This document shows, piece by piece, positions 15,033 to 23,916 of a stretch of DNA of 64,000 nt (the stretch's first letter is position 1; every line of letters starts with the position of its first letter). Below the pieces are notes generated by a model. That model made no database searches and was not told the DNA's origin. It saw only the letters and a list, made by a program, of their open reading frames with translations. Origin of the DNA: Candidatus Humicultor tengchongensis (GTDB taxonomy: Bacteria; Sysuimicrobiota; Sysuimicrobiia; Sysuimicrobiales; Humicultoraceae); contig JAVKIA010000001.1 in NCBI GenBank assembly GCA_031459715.1, forward strand, positions 144,824-208,823, given 5' to 3'. Position numbers and translations under genes: made by a program.

Positions 15033-16282
15033 CCGTGGACCTGGACACCTTCCTCTCCGCCAGCGCGCGGAGCATGCGGCGCTCACTGATCCGCGAGCTG
15101 CTCAAGCTGACCGCCCGGGGCGGGATCATCTCCTTCGCCGGGGGATTCCCCGACCCCGCCACCTTTCCCGTCGCCGAGCTCCAGGAGGTGACGCGTGACG
15201 TCCTGGCCGACCAGGCGCACCGTGCCCTGCAGTACAGCACCACCGAGGGCGATGCGGGCCTGCGCGACCAGCTGGCCCGCTGGATGGCCAAGGACGGGAT
15301 CACCGCCAATCGCGACCAGATCCTGGTCACCAGTGGCTCGCAGCAGGGCCTGGACCTGGTAGGCAGGATCTTCCTCGACCCGGGCGACGTGGTGGTCGTG
15401 GAGCTGCCTTCGTACATGGCGGCGCTGCAGGTCTTCCGCGCCTGTCGGGCGGAGATGGTGGGCGTCCCTCAGGACGAAGAGGGGATGCAGACCGACCGCC
15501 TGGCCGAGATCCTGGCCGACCTGGCGCGGCGGGGTCGTCGTCCCAAGTTTATTTACGTGGTCCCCGACTTCCAGAACCCCTCCGGGATCACCTGGAGCGA
15601 GGAGCGCCGCCGCGTCCTGCTGCAGCTGGCGGCACAGTACGACACCCTGGTGGTGGAGGACAACCCTTACCGGGAGATCCGCTTCGAGGGCACGGCCCCG
15701 CCGCCGATCCACGCGCTGGACGGCGGAGACCGGACCATCTACCTCTCCACCTTCAGCAAGACGCTCTGCCCCGGGCTGCGCATCGGCTGGATGGTGGCGC
15801 GGGAGGAGGTGATGGCCCAGCTGGTCACCGCCAAGCAGGGAATGGACCTGTGCAGTCCGGCCTTCACCCAGGCCATCGCTGCGGAGATGCTGCGGCGAGA
15901 TATCCTCTACCGCCGCCTCCCGCTCATCACCACACTCTACCGGCGCAAGCGCGACGCCATGCTGCGTGCGCTGCAAGGGGAAATGCCGTCGGGGGTGCGG
16001 TGGACCCGTCCGCTGGGCGGGCTCTTCCTCTGGGTGCGCCTGCCTGCGGGGATGAACACCGAGGTTCTGCTGCCCGAGGCGGTGGAGCGGGAGCAGGTGG
16101 CCTACGTGGTCGGCTCCGGTTTCCACGCCGACGGCGGAGGGGAGGAGGCCATGCGCCTGAACTTCTCCTACCCCTCGGAGGAGGAGATCGACGAAGGCAT
16201 CCGCCGGCTGGCGCGGCTGGTGCGCCGACACCTGCCGTTGTCCACATCATCCACAACACCGCGAACGACAGTTTCGGATTGA
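15029..16282 (+). CDS. PLP-dependent aminotransferase, class I (LysN / 2-aminoadipate aminotransferase-like)
   Basis: 'ISFAGGFPDP', 'YSTTEGDAGLR', 'IYVVPDFQNPSGITWS' and the PLP-lysine region 'STFSKTLCPGLRIGW'. No HTH domain. Confidence 0.75.
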   Translation: MTVDLDTFLSASARSMRRSLIRELLKLTARGGIISFAGGFPDPATFPVAELQEVTRDVLADQAHRALQYSTTEGDAGLRDQLARWMAKDGITANRDQILVTSGSQQGLDLVGRIFLDPGDVVVVELPSYMAALQVFRACRAEMVGVPQDEEGMQTDRLAEILADLARRGRRPKFIYVVPDFQNPSGITWSEERRRVLLQLAAQYDTLVVEDNPYREIRFEGTAPPPIHALDGGDRTIYLSTFSKTLCPGLRIGWMVAREEVMAQLVTAKQGMDLCSPAFTQAIAAEMLRRDILYRRLPLITTLYRRKRDAMLRALQGEMPSGVRWTRPLGGLFLWVRLPAGMNTEVLLPEAVEREQVAYVVGSGFHADGGGEEAMRLNFSYPSEEEIDEGIRRLARLVRRHLPLSTSSTTPRTTVSD

Positions 16283-16375
16283 CGCAGCAGGGACCCGGTG
16301 CTAGGGTAGCCGTGTCGGCGGTGCGTGCTCGGCAAGGTGGGAGGAGGTACTCCTCCGGGAGCAACCCGGCCTAAC

Positions 16376-16410
16376 TTGCGAGCCCGGCCGCCGACGCTTT
16401 TTTCTCGCGA
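16376..16410. terminator. Possible shared terminator region between convergent genes (imperfect stem enclosing a T6 run)
   Basis: 'ttgcgag...ctcgcga' inverted repeat around 'cgcttttttctc'. A separate perfect 7-bp hairpin, ggaggag-gta-ctcctcc, lies at about 16340-16356. Weak. Confidence 0.25.
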
Positions 16411-16426
16411 GTGCGGCGCGCTGCGA

Positions 16427-17707
16427 TTAGGGCCGGGGGGGGCGCGACAGGGTCGAGGAGACTGCGGCGAAGTCCCGCGCCAGCAGCACGGTGATGTCCA
16501 CGTCGGCGGGCTGCACCTGGCGGACGATCCGGGGTTTTCCCAGGACCTCGGCCAGCAGCCGGGTTACGGCGTGCTTTCCCGCGCGGTCGATGATCACGGT
16601 GTTGGCCGCGACCTCCCTGGCCGTGCCTATGCGGACGATGCGGAAGCCCAGCCGCTCCAGGCGGCTGGCGGTGCGGCGGGCCAGCCCGGGGATGCCGCTG
16701 GCATTGAGCAGCTCGATGGTGGTCGCGGCCAGCACCTGCGGGGAGACCCCGTGGAAGTAGTCCAGCACCAGGGGCAGGGCCCGCGACCAGTCCGGCTCCC
16801 AGAAGTTGGGGGCGAACGTCCCCGGCAAGGTGGCCGTGCGGATGTCCGCCTCCTCCAGGCGCAGGGCGAACATTCCCAGCGACATCATCTCCGGCAGGGT
16901 GAGGTTGGTCTGGGTGTTGTCGGTGAACGCCCGGATGAGGTGGGGGGCACGCACCAGCATCGCCGGGTTCTTCAACTTGCGGAAGATGGCCAGCAGGATC
17001 TTCTGTTGCCGCTCCACCCGGCCGATATCCCCCAGGGCATCGTGCCGGAAGCGGATGTAGCCCTCCGCCTGCGCGCCGTCCAGCACCTGCAGGCCCTTTT
17101 TCAGGTTGATGCGCAGTCCGGCCCAGGTGTCGGTGTAGCGCATGTCCTTCTCCACTTCCACCTCCACGCCCCCGATGGCGTCCACCAGTCTGGCGAAGGA
17201 GGCGGGGCCCAGCTTGACGTAGTAGTCGACCCGTAATCCCAGCAGCTGTTCCACCGCACGGATGGTCAGCCCCGGGCCGCCGAAGGCGTAGGCGGCGTTG
17301 ATCTTGGTCACCCCCACCCCGGGAATCGCCGCCCGTGTGTCGCGGGGGATGGAGAGGGCGTTGATCTTCCCCTCCTCCGGGTCCACCGACACCAGCAGGA
17401 GGGAGTCCGCCCGGGCCAAGGGGAGGATCTGGCGTCGCGGACCGATGGTGACGTCGGTACCGATGACCAGGATGTTCACCCGCTGGGTCAGGCGCAGCGG
17501 CCAGGAGAACGACTGCTCAACCCCGCTTGGCCGGTCCACCACCCGCCCGCCGGTGAAGGTCTCGACCTGGCGGGCCACGGCCAGGTAGGCCCCCAGGGTG
17601 AAGCCGAAAAGGAAGACGACCAGCGCGGAGAGGGCGATGCGGACGCTCCACCCCCACCTTCGGCGGGGAGGACGCGGTGAAGCGCGGGTGGGTGGGTGGT
17701 CAGCCAT
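16427..17707 (-). CDS. LytR-CpsA-Psr (LCP) family cell-envelope phosphotransferase with a C-terminal LytR_C-like domain
   Basis: N-terminal TM helix, 'VNILVIGTDV...ADSLLLVSVDP...INALSIPRDT...VDYYVKL' LCP core, then an extra C-terminal domain. Start ambiguous (ATG 17707 or GTG 17725). Confidence 0.75.
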   Translation of the reverse strand: MADHPPTRASPRPPRRRWGWSVRIALSALVVFLFGFTLGAYLAVARQVETFTGGRVVDRPSGVEQSFSWPLRLTQRVNILVIGTDVTIGPRRQILPLARADSLLLVSVDPEEGKINALSIPRDTRAAIPGVGVTKINAAYAFGGPGLTIRAVEQLLGLRVDYYVKLGPASFARLVDAIGGVEVEVEKDMRYTDTWAGLRINLKKGLQVLDGAQAEGYIRFRHDALGDIGRVERQQKILLAIFRKLKNPAMLVRAPHLIRAFTDNTQTNLTLPEMMSLGMFALRLEEADIRTATLPGTFAPNFWEPDWSRALPLVLDYFHGVSPQVLAATTIELLNASGIPGLARRTASRLERLGFRIVRIGTAREVAANTVIIDRAGKHAVTRLLAEVLGKPRIVRQVQPADVDITVLLARDFAAVSSTLSRPPRP

Positions 17708-17840
17708 CGGATGTCGCAAACACACCTATCGTACGGGTGCGCAGGGGAAAGTCAACACGGCGCCCAAGAGTAATAGTACCCTTGAGCGGCCGGAGACGAC
17801 AGCACGAACAGGGAGCGGAAAGGCGAGGGGAGGGGGGCGG

Positions 17841-18710
17841 TTGCTGAAGGAGCTGCACCTGAACGCCTACGCCAAGGTGAACCTGGCTCTGGACGTGTTG
17901 GGACCCCGCGAAGACGGCTTTCACGAGATCGAGACGGTGCTGCACACCGTCGAGCTGCACGATACCATCACCCTGCGCGAACAGGAGGACGGCATCACCG
18001 TCCGCACCGACGACCCGGCGGTGCCGGACGACGCCCGGAACCTGGTGGTGCGCGCCGCGCAGGTGCTGCGGGAAACCTTCCAGGTGTCCCGCGGCGTGGA
18101 TATCGAGATCAAGAAGGGCATCCCGGTGGGTTCCGGGCTGGGCGGGGGAAGCTCGGACGCCGCCATCACCCTGCTGGGGCTCGTCCAGATGTGGAAGCTC
18201 CGGCTGAACGGACGGGGGCTGCTGTCTCTGGCCGCCACCCTGGGCTCGGACGTCCCCTTCTTCCTGGAAGGGGGAGCGGCCATCGCCCGCGGCCGGGGTG
18301 AGAGGGTCACCTGGCTGCCCCCACTGCCCACCACCTGGGTGGTGCTGGCGCGTCCACGGGTGGAGGTCTCCACCGCCTGGGCCTACCAGGTGCTGGACCT
18401 CTCCCGTGTGTGGCGCCGGCCCGACGTGGCCGCCCTGGTGGCGGCCATGCGGCGCGAGGATGTGGCCGCCGTGGGCCGGCTGATGGGGAACGTTTTCGAG
18501 GAGCTGCTGGTGCAACACCACCCGGTGGTGGGCGAGCTGAAGCAGCTGATCCTGGCGGGGGAAGCCTACGGGGCGGCACTCTCGGGCACCGGGCCCACCG
18601 TCTTTGGGCTGATGGCCAACGAAGCCGCGGCCCGTAAGACGGCCGACGATCTGCGGGCCCTGCCGGATGTGGACGTCCTGGTGAGCCGCACCTTCGCCGA
18701 GGAACGGTGA
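17841..18710 (+). CDS. ispE: 4-diphosphocytidyl-2-C-methyl-D-erythritol kinase
   Basis: 'AYAKVNLALDV', 'GIPVGSGLGGGSSDAAITL' and 'GSDVPFFL' GHMP motifs. TTG start preceded by a G-rich SD. The gene is followed by purR, as in Bacillus. Confidence 0.85.
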   Translation: MLKELHLNAYAKVNLALDVLGPREDGFHEIETVLHTVELHDTITLREQEDGITVRTDDPAVPDDARNLVVRAAQVLRETFQVSRGVDIEIKKGIPVGSGLGGGSSDAAITLLGLVQMWKLRLNGRGLLSLAATLGSDVPFFLEGGAAIARGRGERVTWLPPLPTTWVVLARPRVEVSTAWAYQVLDLSRVWRRPDVAALVAAMRREDVAAVGRLMGNVFEELLVQHHPVVGELKQLILAGEAYGAALSGTGPTVFGLMANEAAARKTADDLRALPDVDVLVSRTFAEER

Positions 18711-19459
18711 TCGACGCCCTCCTGCTTGCCGGCGGGGGCACAGCTGCTGCAGCAAACAAGGCCTTCCTGGATGTCGCGGGCCGCCCCCTGGTCTGGTACG
18801 TGGCGCGGGCGCTGGCCGAGGCTCCCTCGGTGGGCCGGATCGTGGCGGTGGGCCCGGCAGAGGACCTGCGCCGGGCCTGTGGCCCCATCCTCGCCGCCGT
18901 TGTCCCCGAAACCGGGAGCTCAGTGGTGGAGAACCTGCTGGCCGCGCTGGCGGCACTGCCGCCCGCGCCGCGGGTGCTGGCCGCGGCCGCCGACATCCCC
19001 CTGCTCAGCGCTGCGGTGGTGGAGGAGTTTCTCTCCGCCTGCGCGAAGGAGGAGGCCGACTTCTACTATCCCATCGTCCCGCAAACCGTCGTCCAGGACC
19101 GGTACCCGGGAGCTCGCAAAACCTTTGTTCGGGTGCTGGAGGGATCGTTCACCGGCGGCAGCATGTTCGTATTCAACCCGAGCGTGGTCCCGCGGGTGCG
19201 CGAGCTGCTGGATAAAATGGTGCGGGCCCGGAAGAAACCGTGGATCATGGCCGGTATCGTCGGCTGGTCCACAGTGATGAAGCTGGCCTCTGGCCGCCTG
19301 GCTATCTCAGAGGTGGAGGCCAGGCTGGGCGAGATTACGGGGCTGGTGCTGCGGGCGGTGGTGCTGCGGCGGCCGGAGCTGGCCCTGGACGTCGACCTGG
19401 AGCACCCAGAGAACCTGGAGCTGATCCGGAGGGCGCTGCAGGATTCCCCCGAGCGTTAG
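18707..19459 (+). CDS. Nucleotidyltransferase-family protein (MobA-like NTP_transf_3)
   Basis: N-terminal 'LLLAGGGTAAAANKAFLDVAGRPLVWYV' nucleotide-binding fold. ATG overlaps the ispE stop. Confidence 0.6.
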   Translation: MIDALLLAGGGTAAAANKAFLDVAGRPLVWYVARALAEAPSVGRIVAVGPAEDLRRACGPILAAVVPETGSSVVENLLAALAALPPAPRVLAAAADIPLLSAAVVEEFLSACAKEEADFYYPIVPQTVVQDRYPGARKTFVRVLEGSFTGGSMFVFNPSVVPRVRELLDKMVRARKKPWIMAGIVGWSTVMKLASGRLAISEVEARLGEITGLVLRAVVLRRPELALDVDLEHPENLELIRRALQDSPER

Positions 19460-19610
19460 GCGCATCTCCAGGGATTGGCGGGAGAAAGGCGGGCCGGGCG
19501 TGCGGGAGATGCTGGATCCGCGGGGGGTGCCGCCAGCTGCGGCAGAGGGAGGGGAACGGGCGGCGCCGGAGAGGCGACCGCGGCGGGCCAGGCTGCGGCG
19601 GGGGGAACGG

Positions 19611-20396
19611 ATGGTGGTGATCGCGCACCATCTGCTCTCTCACCCCTACCAGCTCTTTCCCCTGGCGACGTTTATGGAACTGCTGGGCGCGGCCAAGTCT
19701 ACCATCAGCGAGGATCTGGGCTTTCTACGCCAGACCTTCGACCGCTTCCGCCTGGGCAGGGTGGAGACGCTGGCCGGCGCAGCCGGCGGGGTACGCTACC
19801 TGCCCCAGATGCACCGCGAGCAGATCCGCGCCCTGGTCGAGGACCTCTGCCGCCGCCTGCGCGATCCCGCCCGGGTGCTGCCCGGAGGGTTCCTGCACGT
19901 CACCGACCTGATCAGCAGCCCGCAGTTCGCCACCCCCATCGGGCAGGCGTTCGCCACCCTGCTGGGGGGCGGGCGTCCCGACGTGGTCCTGACCATGGAG
20001 GTGAAGGGGATTCCCCTGGCGCTGGAGACCGCCCGGGCCTTCAACGTCCCCCTGGTGACCATCCGCCGCGGCGGTCGGGTGACGGAGGGGCCCGCGGTGA
20101 CGGTAAATTACGTCTCGGGCTCCTCCCGCCTGGTGGGGCAGATGACGCTGCCCCTGCGGGCCATCCCCCCCGGTGCCCGGGCGGTCTTCATTGACGACTT
20201 CCTCCGCGGCGGGGGCACGGCGCGCGGCGTGGTGGACCTGATGAAGGAATTCCGCGCCGAGCTGGTCGGGATCGGTGTCCTGGTGGAGACCGCCCTGCCC
20301 CGGGAGAAGATGGCGCAGCGCTACCTCTCGCTCATCGTGTACGAGGGGACCAGCGAGCACGGGGAGGTCCTGGTATACCCCAGCCGCCACGTCTGA
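19611..20396 (+). CDS. purR: Pur operon repressor PurR (N-terminal wHTH plus PRTase domain)
   Basis: 'IAHHLLSHPYQLFPLATFMELLGAAKSTISEDL' resembles the B. subtilis PurR N-terminus. PRTase motif 'VFIDDFLRGGGTARG'. The ATG at 19611 has an SD 'gggggaacgg'; an upstream start is possible. Confidence 0.8.
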   Translation: MVVIAHHLLSHPYQLFPLATFMELLGAAKSTISEDLGFLRQTFDRFRLGRVETLAGAAGGVRYLPQMHREQIRALVEDLCRRLRDPARVLPGGFLHVTDLISSPQFATPIGQAFATLLGGGRPDVVLTMEVKGIPLALETARAFNVPLVTIRRGGRVTEGPAVTVNYVSGSSRLVGQMTLPLRAIPPGARAVFIDDFLRGGGTARGVVDLMKEFRAELVGIGVLVETALPREKMAQRYLSLIVYEGTSEHGEVLVYPSRHV

Positions 20397-20512
20397 CGCC
20401 GCCGGGATAAGCGCCAGCCACTATGTCTTACGCCCATGTCTGACGCCCGGGTCGGTGCCGTCTGCGGATCGACCGCGGTGGGTACATAGCCTGCGGGGGG
20501 AAGCGGGGCTGG

Positions 20513-21115
20513 ATGACGCTTGAGGACATCAGGCAGGCGCTAGGGTATTTCGCGCCCGGGGTCTGCAAGCTGAACCCGGGCGCGCTGCCGAACCAGATCA
20601 CCCGGGCGGAGACACTCCTGGGCGTGGCCTTCCCTCCCACCTTCCGCCAGCTTCTTCGTGTCTTCAACGGAGGGATGGTGGTGCACGAACCCCTGCTGGG
20701 GGTACCCCCGGTGGCGACGGCGCTGGATCTGGTGCGGGTGACGCGGCAGGCCCGTACCTACTGGGGCGCGCTGGGGTGGTCGCGGGAGTTCGTGGAGGTG
20801 GGCTCAGACGGTGCGGGCAACCCCTTCGTCCTGCTGCTGGACCGGCACGACGAGCGGGACGAGTGCCCGGTGGGGATCTTCGACGCCGGCACCATGCAGG
20901 TCAGCGAGATCGTCGCCTCCGACTACCTGCACTTCGTCTGGTTCCTGGTGCAGGACGTGAAGTGGTACCACGGATCCGACGGCCGGCTCCTGGGCCGGGA
21001 TCCGGTGGTCTGGACCAGGCACCAGGTGAAGGTACGCCCCGCCGCCCTTTCCCCCTGGCGGTTCAACGAAGCCTGGATGATGGCCAACGACCCCGGACTG
21101 GCCCGCTGGCGCTAG
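20513..21115 (+). CDS. SMI1/KNR4 (SUKH-1) family protein
   Basis: 'LGVAFPPTFRQLLRVFNGGMV...VEVGSDGAGNPFVLLLD' is the SUKH signature. The gene stands alone with no adjacent toxin gene. Confidence 0.65.
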   Translation: MTLEDIRQALGYFAPGVCKLNPGALPNQITRAETLLGVAFPPTFRQLLRVFNGGMVVHEPLLGVPPVATALDLVRVTRQARTYWGALGWSREFVEVGSDGAGNPFVLLLDRHDERDECPVGIFDAGTMQVSEIVASDYLHFVWFLVQDVKWYHGSDGRLLGRDPVVWTRHQVKVRPAALSPWRFNEAWMMANDPGLARWR

Positions 21116-22287
21116 CGCGCCGCGATCTCCGGGGCGAGCCTGACCCTGGCCGCGGTACCCAGCGTGGCCAGGAGGAAGAGGAGGAAGACCGCGCTGCTGC
21201 TCAGGAACGGGGCACGGATGTCCACGGCGTAGATCATCCCCGCCCACAGCGGCCCCACGGTGCGCCCCAGGCTGTCGAAGGCCGTCTGCACGCCCATGGC
21301 CAGACCGAGCCCCTGCTCTGCCCGTTTGGACAGCAGCGAGGTGATCGCAGGTCTAATGAGCGCCAGTCCAGCCCCGATAAGCACGACGCAGGCGACGACC
21401 ACCGGTACGGAGGCGCTGGCCGCCGTGAGCGCAAAGCCGATCGCCCCCAGCACCAGGCCCGCGCAGGTGACGGCCACCTCACCCCAGTGCCGGATCAGCG
21501 GTCCCACCAGCCCGAACTGGAGGATCACCCCCGCCACCCCCAGCAGGGTGAAGGCTACGCCCACCTGTGTCGGGCTGCCTGCCAGGCGGTCGATGAAGTA
21601 GTACCCCAGCATGCTGAACATGGCCGAGCCGCCGAAGGTGGCCCCGAAGGCCAGCCAGAAGAGGATGCTGTAGGGGCTGCGTACCGCTGCCCAAACTCCG
21701 CGCCACAGCGGCCGGCGCATCCTCGTCACCCGCGATGGGGGCTCGCGCAGCAGCAGCAGGCCCACGGGCGCAGCTGCCACGCCCAGGGCGCCGGCCACCA
21801 GGAAGGGCACGGCCAGGCCCAGCGGCGCCAGCGCTCCGCCGATGGCCGGCCCAAACATGAACCCCAGGGAGAAGACGCCGCCTATGGCTCCCATGGCCGC
21901 TCCCCGGCGCTCCGGTTCTGTGAGGTCGGCGACCATGGCCTGGGAGGTGGGGAGGGCCGCGCTGGAGAGCAGGCCCCCGGCCAGACGCGCCACCAGCAGC
22001 GCCAGGTACGAGCGGGCCAGGGCCATGAGGAAGAAGGTCAGCCCGAAGCCGAGGACGCCTACCAGGAGCACCGGCTTGCGCCCCACGCGGTCAGAGACAT
22101 CGCCCCACAGCGGCGCGGTGAGGAACTGGGCCGCTGCCCACACCGTGACCAGCAGGCCCATCTGCACAGGGCTGGCGTCGACGCGGCGGGCCAGGAAGGG
22201 AAGCGTGGGGATGACGATGCCAAACCCGACCATCATGATGAACAGGGTCAGCAAGAGCAGCAGGATCTGGACGGTGGGACGGTGCAT
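21112..22287 (-). CDS. MFS transporter (DHA1-type, 12 TM)
   Basis: Internal ATG at 22287 ('MHRPTVQILLLLL...'). MFS motif 'GDVSDRVGRKPVLL'. 391 aa. Its stop shares a CTAG with the convergent SUKH gene. Confidence 0.8.
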   Translation of the reverse strand: MHRPTVQILLLLLTLFIMMVGFGIVIPTLPFLARRVDASPVQMGLLVTVWAAAQFLTAPLWGDVSDRVGRKPVLLVGVLGFGLTFFLMALARSYLALLVARLAGGLLSSAALPTSQAMVADLTEPERRGAAMGAIGGVFSLGFMFGPAIGGALAPLGLAVPFLVAGALGVAAAPVGLLLLREPPSRVTRMRRPLWRGVWAAVRSPYSILFWLAFGATFGGSAMFSMLGYYFIDRLAGSPTQVGVAFTLLGVAGVILQFGLVGPLIRHWGEVAVTCAGLVLGAIGFALTAASASVPVVVACVVLIGAGLALIRPAITSLLSKRAEQGLGLAMGVQTAFDSLGRTVGPLWAGMIYAVDIRAPFLSSSAVFLLFLLATLGTAARVRLAPEIAAR

Positions 22288-22489
22288 GCTCGGGATCCGG
22301 CGCTCACCCCTTCGGCACGCGGGGTGCCTGCTTCCTGCTTCGTGTGTCGCAGCCGTTCTCTCCCTCCGCGCTGCGCCCGATGGCGCAGGGCGCGCCAACC
22401 ATCTACAATGCGGAAGGTTCCACGCTCCGGGTGAATCCGTCGCGCCCTGCCAGGAGACCCCCGAAGGACGCGACGTTCGGAGGTTGCCC

Positions 22490-23848
22490 ATGAAGGCGCT
22501 GTTGACGAAGAGTTGTCTGCTCCTTTCCCTGGTCGTGTTCGCCTCAGCCCCTGCGCTCTGGGCGCAGACGGCGCCGCCGGCTCTTGAAGTGCGGCCCATC
22601 ACCCTGAGCCAGGCCCTGCTCACGGCACTGCAGAACAACCTGGCGCTGCGGATCGCCCTCTTCGAGGTGCAGGTCACGCAGGCGCAACTGGCGCAGGCCC
22701 TGGCGGCAAGAAGCGGCGCCCTGACCGGCACCCTGGGCTACACCCGCACTAGTGAGCGTGTCACCAGCTTCGTCATCCCGGCCAACGCCTTCGGACCGGG
22801 GCTGCCTCCTGTGGAGACGACCATCACCTTTCCGGTCTCCCCCAACGTCTACGTGGTCAACCTGGGCTACCAGTACCCCGTCTACAGCGGCGGACGGCTG
22901 GAGGCGCAGATCGCCCTGGCCCGGGCGGGGGTGAAGGGAGCGGAGGCGGCGCTGGAGCGGACCAAGCAGGAGGTAGCTTTGCAGACCAAGCTCGCCTACT
23001 TCCAGGTGCTGGTGGCGCAGGCGGGGCTGCAGGTGGCACAGCAGAACGTGGCGCAGGCGGAGGAGACCCTGCGCATCGCCCAGGCCCGCGTGCGGGCGGG
23101 GACCTCGCCCCGCTTCGACGAGATCCAGGCGGAGGTCAACCTGGCTAACGCCCGCCAGGGGCTGCTTCGTGCCCGCAACGGCGTTGCCGTGGCCACACAG
23201 GGGCTGGCCGCGATACTGGCCCTGCCGCTGGATGCGGCCCTCCACCCGCAGGAGACCATGGAGGTGGTCCCGGTGACGGCCTCGCTAGCCGACCTGGTGG
23301 CACGCGGCCTGCGGGAGCGGCCGGAGCTGGCCGAGCATCAGGCGAAGGTGGAAGCGGCGGAGGCGGCGCTGGAGCTGGCTCGGACCGGAGGGCGGCCGGT
23401 GGTGGGATTGAGCGGGGGACTCTCCCTGGACGGCCTGGGCACCGGCGCCGTGGCCCTGGGGTGGAGCATCGGTCTGGCCGCCACTTTTCCCCTCTTCGAT
23501 GGTGGCATCACCGCGGCGAAGATTCGAGAGGCCGAACTGCGACTGGAACAGCTCAAGGTGGTGGGGGCACAGCTTCGCCAGTCCATCGAGCTGCAGGTGC
23601 GGCAGGGGGTCCTCAACCTGGGAGCGGCGGCAGAGGAGGTGAGCACGGCCAGGGCTGCCATCGAGCAGGCGCGCGAGGCGCTGCGCATCGCCCAGGTCCG
23701 CTTCCGCGAGGGAGTGGGCACCAACCTGGAGGTGATCTCGGCCCAGGCCGCCCTGGCCCAGGCCGAGGGGGCGAGGGTGCAGGCGCTGTTCTCCTACAAC
23801 ACCGCCCGCGCTCAGCTGGAGCGGGCGGTGGGCGGGCCGGTGCAGTAG
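22490..23848 (+). CDS. TolC-family outer-membrane efflux protein
   Basis: Signal peptide 'MKALLTKSCLLLSLVVFASAPALWAQ', then two TolC repeats ('LSQALLTALQNNLALRIA...', 'LADLVARGLRERPELAE...'). SD ggagg 7 nt upstream. Confidence 0.8.
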   Translation: MKALLTKSCLLLSLVVFASAPALWAQTAPPALEVRPITLSQALLTALQNNLALRIALFEVQVTQAQLAQALAARSGALTGTLGYTRTSERVTSFVIPANAFGPGLPPVETTITFPVSPNVYVVNLGYQYPVYSGGRLEAQIALARAGVKGAEAALERTKQEVALQTKLAYFQVLVAQAGLQVAQQNVAQAEETLRIAQARVRAGTSPRFDEIQAEVNLANARQGLLRARNGVAVATQGLAAILALPLDAALHPQETMEVVPVTASLADLVARGLRERPELAEHQAKVEAAEAALELARTGGRPVVGLSGGLSLDGLGTGAVALGWSIGLAATFPLFDGGITAAKIREAELRLEQLKVVGAQLRQSIELQVRQGVLNLGAAAEEVSTARAAIEQAREALRIAQVRFREGVGTNLEVISAQAALAQAEGARVQALFSYNTARAQLERAVGGPVQ

Positions 23849-23916
23849 GAGCGGGCTGCGCCGCCGCTGTCGGCTATGGTAAGTAATAGGGGCAAAGGCC
23901 GGTGGGAGGTGACCCC

